Positions 39,417-49,588 of a stretch of 64,000 nucleotides of DNA are shown one piece after another. Each line of letters begins with the position of its first letter. Position 1 is the first letter of the stretch. The stretch lies in assembly GCA_964350495.1 (NCBI GenBank), contig CAYGKG010000002.1, forward strand, positions 786 through 64,785, in the 5' to 3' direction. A program made the translations under genes and the position numbers. The notes beneath the pieces are model-generated. The model saw only the letters and a program-made list of their open reading frames with translations. It was not told the DNA's origin and made no database searches. The DNA is from an uncultured Alphaproteobacteria bacterium (GTDB lineage: Bacteria > Pseudomonadota > Alphaproteobacteria > SHVP01).

Positions 39417-40380
39417 GATACTTCCGGTACCACTCGACAAAGCGCTGGATTCCCACCGCGATCGGTGTTTGCGGTTCGAACCCAAGATCGCGCCGACTCT
39501 CGGTAATGTCGGCGTAGGTTGCTTTGACGTCCCCCGGCTGCATTGGCTCGAAGAGCTTGTCCGCCTTTCTTCCAAGAGCGTCCTCCAACAAACCGATCAC
39601 GCCAAGCAACGGCTCGGGCGTATTGTTGCCAAGGTTGTAGACCCGGTGCGGCGCCCCCTCTTCGTCACCGGGCGGCCGTTCCAACGCAGCCAGGATCCCG
39701 GCGACGATGTCGTCGATATAGGTGAAGTCGCGCACCATATCGCCATGGTTGAAAACGCGAATGGGTTCGCCTCTCAGGATTGCCTTGGCAAACGAGAACA
39801 GCGCCATATCTGGGCGGCCCCAGGGACCGTACACCGTGAAAAAGCGCAATCCGGTCTGCGGAATCCTGAAGAGGTGACTGTAGCTATGGCTGAGCAGTTC
39901 ATCGGCCCGTTTAGTCGCCGCATAAAGGGATACGGGCTGATCGACGCGATCTTCGATAGAGAATGGAAGTTTCGTGTTTCCCCCATATACCGAACTGGAG
40001 CTCGCATAGACGAGGTGTTTGAGACCCGGGAGTGCGCGGCAATACTCCAGTACCCGCATATGGCCAACTAGGTTGGCCTCGACGTACGCAAAGGGGTTCT
40101 CGATCGAGTAGCGCACGCCGGCCTGGGCGGCCAAATGTACGACGCCGGTCACATCACCAAAGGTGGCAAGTTTCTCAAAACATGCGGGCTCGGCAATGGA
40201 CGAACGAACGAAGGAAAACGCTTCGGATGGCGCAAGCTGGGCGAGGCGCGCCTCTTTGAGGCTCGGGTCATAATAATCGTTGACCGAATCGACCCCGATC
40301 ACCCTCTCCCCTCGGTCCAGCAGGGCTCGGCTAACGTGGAATCCTATGAATCCGGCTGCGCCGGTAACGACAACTGCCAT
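39409..40380 (-). CDS. NAD-dependent epimerase/dehydratase (UDP-glucuronate 4-epimerase-like)
   Basis: VTGAAGFIGFHV Rossmann motif and YAATK catalytic motif. Confidence 0.85.
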   Translation of the reverse strand: MAVVVTGAAGFIGFHVSRALLDRGERVIGVDSVNDYYDPSLKEARLAQLAPSEAFSFVRSSIAEPACFEKLATFGDVTGVVHLAAQAGVRYSIENPFAYVEANLVGHMRVLEYCRALPGLKHLVYASSSSVYGGNTKLPFSIEDRVDQPVSLYAATKRADELLSHSYSHLFRIPQTGLRFFTVYGPWGRPDMALFSFAKAILRGEPIRVFNHGDMVRDFTYIDDIVAGILAALERPPGDEEGAPHRVYNLGNNTPEPLLGVIGLLEDALGRKADKLFEPMQPGDVKATYADITESRRDLGFEPQTPIAVGIQRFVEWYRKYHV

Positions 40381-40548
40381 TCCAGACTGCTCACTTTTCC
40401 TTGGGCGCGCGCACCTTAGCGCCTGGGACCATCAAAATCACGTCACGGTGGGCGCGCGCGGGAGACCGCTCGGTTACAATCTCAACCCCGGCGGCGCATT
40501 GCAATAACAGTCACCAGTCCTTACCTAAATGCGGTGGGAGCAGATCCG

Positions 40549-43500
40549 ATGACGGTCGCAGCCAGCCTCGACGACAAATACACGCTCGAGTCCGGGCGCG
40601 TTTACCTCACGGGAACACAAGCGCTCATTCGGCTGCCGATGATGCAGCGCCAGCGCGATCTTCGCGACGGGCTGAATACCGCAGGCTTCATTTCGGGGTA
40701 CCGCGGCTCTCCGCTTGGCGTGTACGACCTGCACCTTTGGCGCGCTAAACCGTTCCTGGACGCCAACCACATCCGCTTCCAACCGGGCATCAATGAGGAA
40801 CTGGCGGCAACCGCGGTTTGGGGGTCGCAACAAACCAATCTGTTTGAGGGCGCGCGCTACGACGGCGTCTTTTCCATCTGGTACGGGAAGGGCCCCGGCC
40901 TCGACCGAGCAATGGACGCAATCAAGCACGGTAACGCCGCCGGCACATCGACTCATGGCGGCGTTCTAGTGCTCGCCGGCGACGATCACGGCGCGGTCTC
41001 CTCTACGCTTGCGCATCAAAGCGACCATGCCATGGTCGGCGCGATGGTCCCCGTTATCAATCCCGCCGGCGTCCAGGACTACATCGACTACGGATTGCTT
41101 GGGTGGGCAATGTCGCGCTACGCCGGGATTTGGGTGGGCTTCACTGCCGTCGCCGACACCGTCGAAAGCTCCGCGAGCGTGCTGGTCGATCCGCATCGGC
41201 TCGAAATCGTACAGCCCGAAGATTTTGAAATGCCCCCTGGGGGCCTCAATATTCGCTGGCCCGATACAGCGTTGGAGCAGGAAGCCCGGCTCCACGACTA
41301 CAAACGCTATGCCGTAAAGGCTTTTGCGCGTGCAAATAGCTTCGATCGAATCGTGATCGATTCGCCGACCCCGCGGCTTGGCATTATTACCACCGGCAAA
41401 GCCTATCTCGATGTGCGGCAAGCTCTAAGTACCCTCGGCATCGACGACCGGCGGGCAGCAGCGCTCGGCATTCGCGTCTTCAAAATCGGCATGAGTTGGC
41501 CGCTGGACCGCGCCGGTCTGCTTGCGTTCGCCAGAGACCTCGAGGAAATCCTTGTCGTCGAAGAGAAACGCCCCCTGTTGGAAGACCAAGTCAAAGCACA
41601 GCTTTACGAGCTTGCCGGTTCGCGCCGCCCGCGCGTGATCGGCAAGTTCGACGAGCAAGGCAATCGGGTGTTGTGCACCGCCGGAATTATGTCGCCGGGC
41701 GAGGTCGCGCAGTTGGTCGGGACGAGGTTGTTGCGATTTGCCGACGATTCGGCGATCCGAGGGCGTCTTGAATACCTTTCTGCGCGCAGCGATCAACGGC
41801 GGAACCGGGCACCGGTCGATGCCCGAAGCCCATTCTTTTGTTCCGGCTGCCCGCACAACCGCTCGACCAAGGTTCCCGACGGCAGTCGCGCACTGGCGGG
41901 GATCGGCTGCCATTACATGGCGTTATCGATGAATCGGAACACGGCAACATTCAGCCAAATGGGTGGGGAAGGCGCGGCGTGGGTTGGTCAGGCACCGTTC
42001 ACGCGCACTGAGCACGTCTTCGCCAATCTTGGCGATGGCACGTTCGTCCATTCCGGCAGTCTCGCCATTCGCCAGGCGTTGGCCGCCGGCGTCAACATCA
42101 CCTACAAAATTCTCTTCAACGATGCGGTCGCGATGACTGGTGGCCAGACGCCGGACGGCAGCCCCGGCGTCGACCGGTTTGCCCAAATCGTGCGGGCCGA
42201 GGGCGTCGACCGCATTGCGATCGTCTCGGATGAACCGGAAAAATATGCCAACCCGGCGATCTTTCCCGCCGGCACGTCCATTCATCATCGCGACTCGCTG
42301 GACTCCCTTCAGCGCGAGCTCCGGGCGACGCCTGGGGTGACCGTTATGATCTACGACCAAACGTGCGCTGCGGAAAAGCGCCGCCGCCGCAAACGGGGCA
42401 CCTATCCAGACCCGGCGAAGCGCGTCTTCATCAATGACCTCGTATGCGAGGGATGCGGCGATTGCTCCGTCCAATCGAATTGCCTGTCGGTCATCCCGAT
42501 CAATACCGAATTCGGTCGAAAACGCGCAATCGACCAGTCCTCTTGCAACAAGGACTACTCCTGTATAGAGGGCTTCTGCCCCAGCTTCGTGACGGTCGAA
42601 GGCGGCACCATCCGCAAAGAGGAACGGCCATTACCGACCCTTGGCCCAGACACCCCACTCGGCGAGCCGAGTACCCTGCCATTGACGAGGCCCGTCGGCA
42701 TCGTCGTCACCGGGATTGGCGGCACTGGCGTCATCACCATCGGCGCGTTGATCGGGATGGCCGCACACCTTGACGGCAAGGGCGTCACGGTCCTCGATCA
42801 GACCGGTTTGGCGCAAAAGGGCGGTGCCGTCACCAGCCACATACGGATTGCTCCAACACCGGACGACCTCAGCGCGGTGCGCATCGACACCGGGGGCGCC
42901 GATCTGATCCTGGGTGCGGATCTCGTCGTTGCCGCAAGCCCCGACGTGATCAACACCGTCGAGAACGGGCGAACCTGGGCGATCGTCAACAGTCACGAAA
43001 CGCCAACCGCCGATGCGACGCTCGACCGCAACTTCGAACTCGATGCCGATCGACTGAGAGCCGAGGTCTCGCTTGCCGCAGGCGAGGCAAACACTCACTT
43101 CATCGACGCAACTGCGATCGCGACGCGCATGTTTGGCGACTCGATCGCGACGAACATGTTTCTTCTCGGCGTTGCCTTCCAACACGGACGTATACCGGTC
43201 TCTTTGGCGTCGTTGGTCCGCGCGATCGAGTTAAACGGCGTCTCGGTGGATCTAAACAAGCGCGCTTTCGACGTCGGCCGCCGCGCAGCCGCCAACCCCG
43301 ACACCCTGCATTCCATCCAGTCGGACGATGCCGGGAAACACCCATTCACACTTCAGGAGCTTATCGATCGTCGTGCTATGTTCCTGACCGACTACCAGAA
43401 CAAAGCCTACGCTGATCGGTACCGCCGGCTGGTCGCGACGGCGGCCGCAACCGAGGCGAGCCGGGCGCCTCGCACAAAGGGCTTTGCCGAAGCCGTCGTG

Positions 43501-44007
43501 CATGGCGCGTTCAAACTCATGGCCTATAAGGACGAGTACGAAGTCGCGCGCCTGTTCACTGCAAGTAATTTCCGGCAGAAACTAAACGACCAGTTCGCGG
43601 GACCGTACCGGATAAAATTTCACTTAGCGCCACCGCTACTCGCGCGAACCGACCCTGCGGGTGGACGACCCGAGAAAACAACTTTCGGCCCGTGGATGCT
43701 TTCTGCGCTTCGCGTACTTGCCAAATTTCGCTGGCTGCGCGGCACTCCCTTCGATCCGTTTGGGCGTCTCGCGGACCGCCGCACCGAACGGCAGCTCATC
43801 AAGGACTACGAGGCGATGGTGGCGATCGTCGGCGACAAGCTCTCGACAGAAAATCACGATGTTGCGGTTGAGCTTGCGCAGCTGCCCGAAACCATTCGGG
43901 GCTACGGACCGATCAAGAGCAGCAGCATCGACGCCGCCAACAAAATCCGGGCTGACCTGCTAAACCAGTTGGATTACCCCGTTCCCCAACGCAATGCCGC
44001 GGCATGA
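40549..44007 (+). CDS. Indolepyruvate:ferredoxin oxidoreductase family protein (fused alpha/beta, about 1150 aa)
   Basis: TPP-binding N-terminal domain; 4Fe-4S CxxCxxCxxxC (CEGCGDCSVQSNC); PFOR-type gamma-like C-terminus. Confidence 0.9.
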   Translation: MTVAASLDDKYTLESGRVYLTGTQALIRLPMMQRQRDLRDGLNTAGFISGYRGSPLGVYDLHLWRAKPFLDANHIRFQPGINEELAATAVWGSQQTNLFEGARYDGVFSIWYGKGPGLDRAMDAIKHGNAAGTSTHGGVLVLAGDDHGAVSSTLAHQSDHAMVGAMVPVINPAGVQDYIDYGLLGWAMSRYAGIWVGFTAVADTVESSASVLVDPHRLEIVQPEDFEMPPGGLNIRWPDTALEQEARLHDYKRYAVKAFARANSFDRIVIDSPTPRLGIITTGKAYLDVRQALSTLGIDDRRAAALGIRVFKIGMSWPLDRAGLLAFARDLEEILVVEEKRPLLEDQVKAQLYELAGSRRPRVIGKFDEQGNRVLCTAGIMSPGEVAQLVGTRLLRFADDSAIRGRLEYLSARSDQRRNRAPVDARSPFFCSGCPHNRSTKVPDGSRALAGIGCHYMALSMNRNTATFSQMGGEGAAWVGQAPFTRTEHVFANLGDGTFVHSGSLAIRQALAAGVNITYKILFNDAVAMTGGQTPDGSPGVDRFAQIVRAEGVDRIAIVSDEPEKYANPAIFPAGTSIHHRDSLDSLQRELRATPGVTVMIYDQTCAAEKRRRRKRGTYPDPAKRVFINDLVCEGCGDCSVQSNCLSVIPINTEFGRKRAIDQSSCNKDYSCIEGFCPSFVTVEGGTIRKEERPLPTLGPDTPLGEPSTLPLTRPVGIVVTGIGGTGVITIGALIGMAAHLDGKGVTVLDQTGLAQKGGAVTSHIRIAPTPDDLSAVRIDTGGADLILGADLVVAASPDVINTVENGRTWAIVNSHETPTADATLDRNFELDADRLRAEVSLAAGEANTHFIDATAIATRMFGDSIATNMFLLGVAFQHGRIPVSLASLVRAIELNGVSVDLNKRAFDVGRRAAANPDTLHSIQSDDAGKHPFTLQELIDRRAMFLTDYQNKAYADRYRRLVATAAATEASRAPRTKGFAEAVVHGAFKLMAYKDEYEVARLFTASNFRQKLNDQFAGPYRIKFHLAPPLLARTDPAGGRPEKTTFGPWMLSALRVLAKFRWLRGTPFDPFGRLADRRTERQLIKDYEAMVAIVGDKLSTENHDVAVELAQLPETIRGYGPIKSSSIDAANKIRADLLNQLDYPVPQRNAAA

Positions 44008-44029
44008 CCCCCATCACCATGAGGCACCA

Positions 44030-44743
44030 ATGACCGACAAGAGCTGTATCGTCCTAGGGCTTGGCCCAAGTACGGGGGCATCCGTCGCGCGCCGATTTGC
44101 CCGTGAAGGCTACGCCGTCGCGGTTGCCGCGCGGCGCTTGGAAGTGCTGGAGCCGGTTGTCGCCGATATCGAGGCGGCGGGCGGCCGCGCGTTAGCGGTC
44201 CCGACCGACGCGACCGACGAGCAAGCAGTGGTCGACCTCGTGCGCCGAACCGAGAAGGATCTTGGGCCCCTCGGCGTCGCCGTCTACAACGCGAGCGGGC
44301 GAGTCAAAGGGAGTATTTTGGATCTGAAGGCCGACGATGTCGTCAATGCCTGGAAGGTATCTTGCCTCGGCGGATTGCTGCTGGGGCGCGAGGCCGCGAA
44401 ATGCATGGTTCCGCGAAACGAAGGCACAATCCTCTTTACTGGCGCCACCTCGGGGATGCGCGGCAGCGCCGAATTCGCAGGCTTCGCCATCGGTAAGTTT
44501 GGCCTCCGGGCCTTAGCGCAAAGCATGGCCCGCGAGCTCGGTCCCAAGGGCATTCACGTTTCCTACGTCAATATCGACGGCCAGATCCACACGCCGCGCC
44601 AAGCCCACCTTGCTGCCGATCGGCCACCCGACGCGATGCTGGACCCCGAGGCAATCGCCGAGACATATTTCCAACTACACAAACAGCATCGCAGCGCTTG
44701 GACGCAAGAACTCGACATCCGTCCGTGGGTCGAAAAGTTCTAA
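44030..44743 (+). CDS. SDR family oxidoreductase
   Basis: VLGLGPSTGASVARRFAREG Rossmann region and YxxxK-containing region. Confidence 0.8.
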   Translation: MTDKSCIVLGLGPSTGASVARRFAREGYAVAVAARRLEVLEPVVADIEAAGGRALAVPTDATDEQAVVDLVRRTEKDLGPLGVAVYNASGRVKGSILDLKADDVVNAWKVSCLGGLLLGREAAKCMVPRNEGTILFTGATSGMRGSAEFAGFAIGKFGLRALAQSMARELGPKGIHVSYVNIDGQIHTPRQAHLAADRPPDAMLDPEAIAETYFQLHKQHRSAWTQELDIRPWVEKF

Positions 44744-44802
44744 CCCGAAACGCGGCCGTTCGAGCAAAACCGCTTGGTCAGTTTTGAAGCAGCCCCTCCG
44801 AG

Positions 44803-45045
44803 CTACGCCATCCCGAGCGCCGACTTGTAGGTGTCGAGGAGGTGTTCCTGTTCCTGCAGCTCATTTGTATCCATCTTTCTCAGACGAATAATTTGGCGGA
44901 CGATCTTGGGGTCGAACCCAGTGCCCTTGAGTTCGGCGTAAACTTCGCGAACATCGGCAGATAAGACTGCCTTCTCTTCTTCCAAGCGTTCGATTCGTTC
45001 GATGAAGGATCGAAGTTGATCGGCTGCAATCGTCGTATCTGCCAT
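44803..45045 (-). CDS. gapR: GapR (DUF2312) nucleoid-associated protein
   Basis: [59 protein letters not shown] closely matches GapR. The ORF is open to 45171. Confidence 0.8.
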   Translation of the reverse strand: MADTTIAADQLRSFIERIERLEEEKAVLSADVREVYAELKGTGFDPKIVRQIIRLRKMDTNELQEQEHLLDTYKSALGMA

Positions 45046-45080
45046 GAACTCGTTCTTTCCAATCTCGCTACTCTCTACCA

Positions 45081-45398
45081 TCAGGACTTCCCTGCTTCTT
45101 CGGCAGCTTGGTGTGCAGCAAAGGCTGCTAGCTGTTCCGGGGTCGCTTCGGTTTGGTGCTTTGCCTTCCACTCAGCGTAAGGCATGCCATAGACGACTTC
45201 GCGCGCGCCATCGTAACTGATGTCGTGCCCACGCTCCTCACTTGCGGCCACGTACCACTTGGCCAAACAGTTGCGGCAAAAGTCGGCAAGCCCCATGAGC
45301 TCGATGTTTTGCACTTCCGGATGGTCCCGAAGGTGCTGGAGGAGGCGCCGAAAGGCGGCCGCCTCGATTTCCGTCGTCACGTCGTTCGTCTTACTCAT
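45081..45398 (-). CDS. DUF1244 domain protein
   Basis: [17 protein letters not shown] motif. Confidence 0.7.
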   Translation of the reverse strand: MSKTNDVTTEIEAAAFRRLLQHLRDHPEVQNIELMGLADFCRNCLAKWYVAASEERGHDISYDGAREVVYGMPYAEWKAKHQTEATPEQLAAFAAHQAAEEAGKS

Positions 45399-45424
45399 GA
45401 TTTAGCCTCAGATTCTGTCGGTTC

Positions 45425-46555
45425 TTATACATTGGCAGTTCGTTCGATCAGCATATCGACCACGGACTTCAAGGCCTGTTCCGCATTGGCACCGGCGCGC
45501 ATCGCCGACCGGAAGGTCTCGATCTGCCAGGTTGCGCTCGTTCCGCGTTCGACAATGGTTCTGGCATGCGAGATTTCGTTGGCGCACCCCAATTTGTCGG
45601 CGTCTTCCGCGATAAGATCAAGTATCTCCACGAGCAATTCCGTATAGGGAACGACTCGGCCTTTCCCGAGGTCGACCAGCCCGGCGGTGGTGCCGTGGCG
45701 TTGTGCCAACCACCGATTCTCGTTAACGAGGCTTACGGGATACACCCGCCATCGCTGGTTGTTCTTGCGCAAACGCACCAACATGCTCATGAGGCATTGA
45801 AATAGGGCGGCAATAGCAATCGCGTCGTCCAGCGCCGTGCAAACATCGGTCGAGCGCATCTCAAGGGTCGGATAACGGGCGCTGGGTCGCAGGTCCCACC
45901 ATATTCGTGTGGCATCTTCGATGACACCTGCGCCGACCATCGCCGATACGAGCAGGTTGTATTCGCTGTAACTTGAAAACTGTTCCGGCAAGCCGGTCCG
46001 CGGCAAACCGTCGAACACGCTGGTGCGGTAGGACATTAGGCCGGTTTCGCACCCCTGCCAGAACGGCGACGACGTGCTCAAGGCAAGCAAATGCGGCAGA
46101 AAATAGGTCGCCTGGTTCATCAGGTCGATCCGTAGATCGTCGTCGTCGATACCGATATGGACGTGCATTCCGCAAATCAGCAATCGCCTTGCCGCCGCTT
46201 GCAGGTCACGCGCGAGGGCGTTGTAGCGATCCTTGTCGACGTGCTGCTGTTCGCCCCAGCGCGCAAAGGGGTGTGTCGCCGCGGCAATCGGAGCCATGCC
46301 GAAATTGGCAGCAACCTCGCACACCGTTTGCCGAAGGTAAGCAAGGTCGCTACGCGCCTCGGAGATCGTTTTGTGGACGCGGGTCTCAACTTCGACCTGG
46401 GCCTTGAGGAATTCAGGCGCGACCCGCCCCGAGATCCGCTTCTCCAGAGATTCCATCAGCGCGCCGGGCGGGGCCGATGCTAGGTTCCGGGTTTCAATAT
46501 CGACCAGGAGATACTCCTCCTCGATACCGATCGTTAATGGCGGATCCTTGATCAC
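45425..46555 (-). CDS. ybdK: Carboxylate-amine ligase YbdK (GCS2 family)
   Basis: LTIGIEEEYLLVD... and GMHVHIG motifs. Confidence 0.85.
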   Translation of the reverse strand: MIKDPPLTIGIEEEYLLVDIETRNLASAPPGALMESLEKRISGRVAPEFLKAQVEVETRVHKTISEARSDLAYLRQTVCEVAANFGMAPIAAATHPFARWGEQQHVDKDRYNALARDLQAAARRLLICGMHVHIGIDDDDLRIDLMNQATYFLPHLLALSTSSPFWQGCETGLMSYRTSVFDGLPRTGLPEQFSSYSEYNLLVSAMVGAGVIEDATRIWWDLRPSARYPTLEMRSTDVCTALDDAIAIAALFQCLMSMLVRLRKNNQRWRVYPVSLVNENRWLAQRHGTTAGLVDLGKGRVVPYTELLVEILDLIAEDADKLGCANEISHARTIVERGTSATWQIETFRSAMRAGANAEQALKSVVDMLIERTANV

Positions 46556-47340
46556 CTGAAGAATCGCTTCGCAAAGAGGCCTGAGTCGCCTTCGAAAGGA
46601 GCCAAGGCCGCCGCTAGAATCCCAGCCCAGCGATCGACGCCCGCTGCGTCCGAAATCAGATCCTGGCGAACCTCGACCATCACATGCGGGCGACCGGCCG
46701 ACGTTCCGTAGGCTTCAAGACCATAGCCCGGCGGATGCGCCGCAGAATAAGGTTGATTGTCGCCGACACAGATACCGTCCACCGACTGGAGCGCCGCGAG
46801 GAGTGGGCGCGCCATTCGCGCATCGCGTCCGTAGAGCACCCCGACGTCCCACGGCCGCTGCGCGCCCGCCATACGCGGTGTGAATGAATGAACCGCCACG
46901 TAGGCCGCGACCGATTTATCGCGTTCGGTAAGATGTAGCGCCTTTTCGACTTCATGATGGTAAGGCCAAAAGGAAAGTTCGGCCCGGCGCACCGCTTCCT
47001 CGGGCGTTACGTTCTGGTTGCCCGGCACAACGACCCCATCGCTCACCCTGACAATGGAATCCGGGCTCCCGAGTTTTCGATTTGGATCGATGAAGAGGCG
47101 GGAATGCGTGGCGAGAATCGCCTGCGCATTCAGTTCGGCTGCCAACGCCTGGGTGAGCGGCGCGGCTCCGATATCCCATGCAATGTGTTCCGCGAGCCGG
47201 GACTCCGGAAGGCCAAGCGCGTTGAACGGTTCGGGGATATGGTTCCCGGCATGGTCGCAGGTCAATATGAGACGGGACGACCCCGAGGGGTTGATCACCC
47301 TAAAGGCTTCCATTGCACCTTCCGCGGAATCGTGATTCAT
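46552..47340 (-). CDS. N-formylglutamate amidohydrolase family protein
   Basis: LTCDHAGNHIP and VAVHSFTP motifs of the FGase family. Confidence 0.75.
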   Translation of the reverse strand: MNHDSAEGAMEAFRVINPSGSSRLILTCDHAGNHIPEPFNALGLPESRLAEHIAWDIGAAPLTQALAAELNAQAILATHSRLFIDPNRKLGSPDSIVRVSDGVVVPGNQNVTPEEAVRRAELSFWPYHHEVEKALHLTERDKSVAAYVAVHSFTPRMAGAQRPWDVGVLYGRDARMARPLLAALQSVDGICVGDNQPYSAAHPPGYGLEAYGTSAGRPHVMVEVRQDLISDAAGVDRWAGILAAALAPFEGDSGLFAKRFFR

Positions 47341-47399
47341 CGGTTTGTTATACTGGGGCCACCCGCGTTGATCGACCCATCCTTGACTGGCGAGCGTTC

Positions 47400-48311
47400 A
47401 TGCCGACCCGATTTTTTCTGAGCGGCCCGGCATTGGGGCTCGCCGCGCTGGTGATCGGCGCGCTTGCCATCTCGTTTGCGCCGATATTCGTGAAGATTAG
47501 CGAACTGGGGCCTGCCGCCACAGCGTTCCACCGCATGGTGCTTTCGCTGCCGTTGCTTGTCGGCCTTCTTTTCATCCAGCTCAGACCGCATTCGGCGTCG
47601 CTGAGAACGGGAAAGTCGGGCCGGGACTACGGACTTCTCTTGCTGGCCGGCGCCTTCTTTGCAGGCGACCTAGCGGTTTGGCACTGGTCGATCCAGCTCA
47701 CGACCGTCGCCAACGCGACCCTGTTTGCAAATGCCGCGCCGATATTCGTCGCAGCCGGTGCATGGTTGCTGCTCGGCGAGACATTTGGCATGCGTTTTTG
47801 GGTAGGCCTGCTCGTTGCAGGGGCAGGAACCGTTACGGTGGTGGGCGCCAGCCTAGGCGGCCACGGGAATGTCCTTGGTGACGCCCTCGGCCTCCTGACT
47901 GCAGTGTTCTATGCGGGATATTTCATCTGCGTGAAATTGCTTCGCCGCTCAACCGGCACGCTTGAGGTCATGGTGTGGTCCGGCCTAACCGCGGCACCGA
48001 TTCTTCTTCTCGTGGCGCTCGCATCGGGCGAGCCTCTACTGGCGGTAACGTGGCGGGGCTGGCTCATCCTCGTCGGCTTGGCGGTGATCTCCCATACCTT
48101 TGGGCAGAGCCTGATTGCGTTTGCGTTGGCCCATTTGGCAGCATCCTATTCGTCACTCACCCTGCTCATTCAGCCCGTCGCTGCGACGATCTTGGCCTGG
48201 CTATTGTTGGGAGAGGCTATGCAGATACAACAGGCGCTTGGCGGCGTTGCCGTGCTTGCCGGCATCTTTTTGGCCCGCGAACGGCCTCGTATACAGAGCC
48301 CGCTGCCATGA
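47400..48311 (+). CDS. DMT/EamA family transporter
   Basis: Ten hydrophobic helices; two EamA-like halves. Confidence 0.75.
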   Translation: MPTRFFLSGPALGLAALVIGALAISFAPIFVKISELGPAATAFHRMVLSLPLLVGLLFIQLRPHSASLRTGKSGRDYGLLLLAGAFFAGDLAVWHWSIQLTTVANATLFANAAPIFVAAGAWLLLGETFGMRFWVGLLVAGAGTVTVVGASLGGHGNVLGDALGLLTAVFYAGYFICVKLLRRSTGTLEVMVWSGLTAAPILLLVALASGEPLLAVTWRGWLILVGLAVISHTFGQSLIAFALAHLAASYSSLTLLIQPVAATILAWLLLGEAMQIQQALGGVAVLAGIFLARERPRIQSPLP

Positions 48312-49588
48312 ACCGCCAGCTTCCTAGGTGGATGACCCCGTGGCTGATCTGGGGACTCGCCGCCGCATTCTATGGTTACGCCTATTTCCAGCGCGTTGCC
48401 CCAAGCGTTCTGACCAGCGAACTGATGCGCGATTTTCAGACCAACGCTGCAGGACTTGGCAATCTCTCCGCTTACTATTTCTACCCCTATGCGTTGGCGC
48501 AAATTCCGATCGGAATCATGATCGATCGGTTTGGCGTTCGCCGCGTACTCCTGGCATCGGGCGTAGTCTGCGCCATCGGCAGCATCCTATTCGCGGTGGC
48601 GCCGACGTTAGGACTTGCTGCGACTGGGCGGTTGCTTGTTGGTGCGGGGTGCGCCGTCGCCTGGGTCGGAACCTTGGCCCTTGCCGTCATGTGGCTTCCG
48701 GCGAACCGATTTGCGGCCGTTACCGGTCTGTCGCTCCTGATCGGACTGATCGGCGCCGTGTTAGGCCAGGCGCCGCTTGCAGCGCTGGTCGACAGCGTCG
48801 GGTGGCGATCGGCGATGCTGTGGTCGGGCATCCTGATGGCGGCGATCGCCGTCCTGATGTTTCCCTTTATCCGGGACAAAGCGATGCACGGCGAGCCTCG
48901 GATGGTCGGATCCGTTTTTGGCGGCCTCAAACGGGTCATGCGGAGCTTACAGACTTGGAAAGTAGCGATCTTTACCGGGTCGCTGGTTACACCCATGGCA
49001 GCCTTCGCAGGCTTGTTCGGCGTGCCCTTCGTCCAAGAAGTTTATGGGGTCGGGAAGACAACGGCAGGCGCTACGGTATCGCTGATCTTAATCGGGTGGG
49101 GCGTGGGCGGTCCGCTCGCCGGCTGGGCGTCCGACCGCCTCCAGCGGCGCAAACCGGTGATGGCGTCGGGTGCGGCCATCTTGATCTTCGCCTGGCTCGT
49201 GATTTTATATGTGCCCCTTCCCCTTCTCGCCTTTCAAGCGCTCCTGTTGCTGCAAGGCTTGGCGAGTGGCGCGGTGATCATCAACTTCGCCGTCACCAAG
49301 GAAAGCAACGCGCTGACGGCGACTGGAGTCGCGATGGGGTTCGTCAATATGGCGGGGATGAGCGCATCGGCGCTGTCGCTACCGTTTGTGGGCTGGCTCC
49401 TCGACCTCGGCTGGGATGGCACGCTTGCGGATGGCGCGCCTGTCTACGGAGAGACCGCCTACCGACACGCGTTCACGGTTTTCCCGATCTTGATGACATG
49501 CGGATTTATCGCCGCACTGACCTTGCGCGAGACGTTCTGCCGACCGTTTGAGGAAGTGCCTAGTCTGCCAACATTTCGCGAGCAATGA
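48308..49588 (+). CDS. MFS transporter
   Basis: Twelve TM helices; ATGA overlap with the upstream EamA gene. Confidence 0.75.
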   Translation: MNRQLPRWMTPWLIWGLAAAFYGYAYFQRVAPSVLTSELMRDFQTNAAGLGNLSAYYFYPYALAQIPIGIMIDRFGVRRVLLASGVVCAIGSILFAVAPTLGLAATGRLLVGAGCAVAWVGTLALAVMWLPANRFAAVTGLSLLIGLIGAVLGQAPLAALVDSVGWRSAMLWSGILMAAIAVLMFPFIRDKAMHGEPRMVGSVFGGLKRVMRSLQTWKVAIFTGSLVTPMAAFAGLFGVPFVQEVYGVGKTTAGATVSLILIGWGVGGPLAGWASDRLQRRKPVMASGAAILIFAWLVILYVPLPLLAFQALLLLQGLASGAVIINFAVTKESNALTATGVAMGFVNMAGMSASALSLPFVGWLLDLGWDGTLADGAPVYGETAYRHAFTVFPILMTCGFIAALTLRETFCRPFEEVPSLPTFREQ

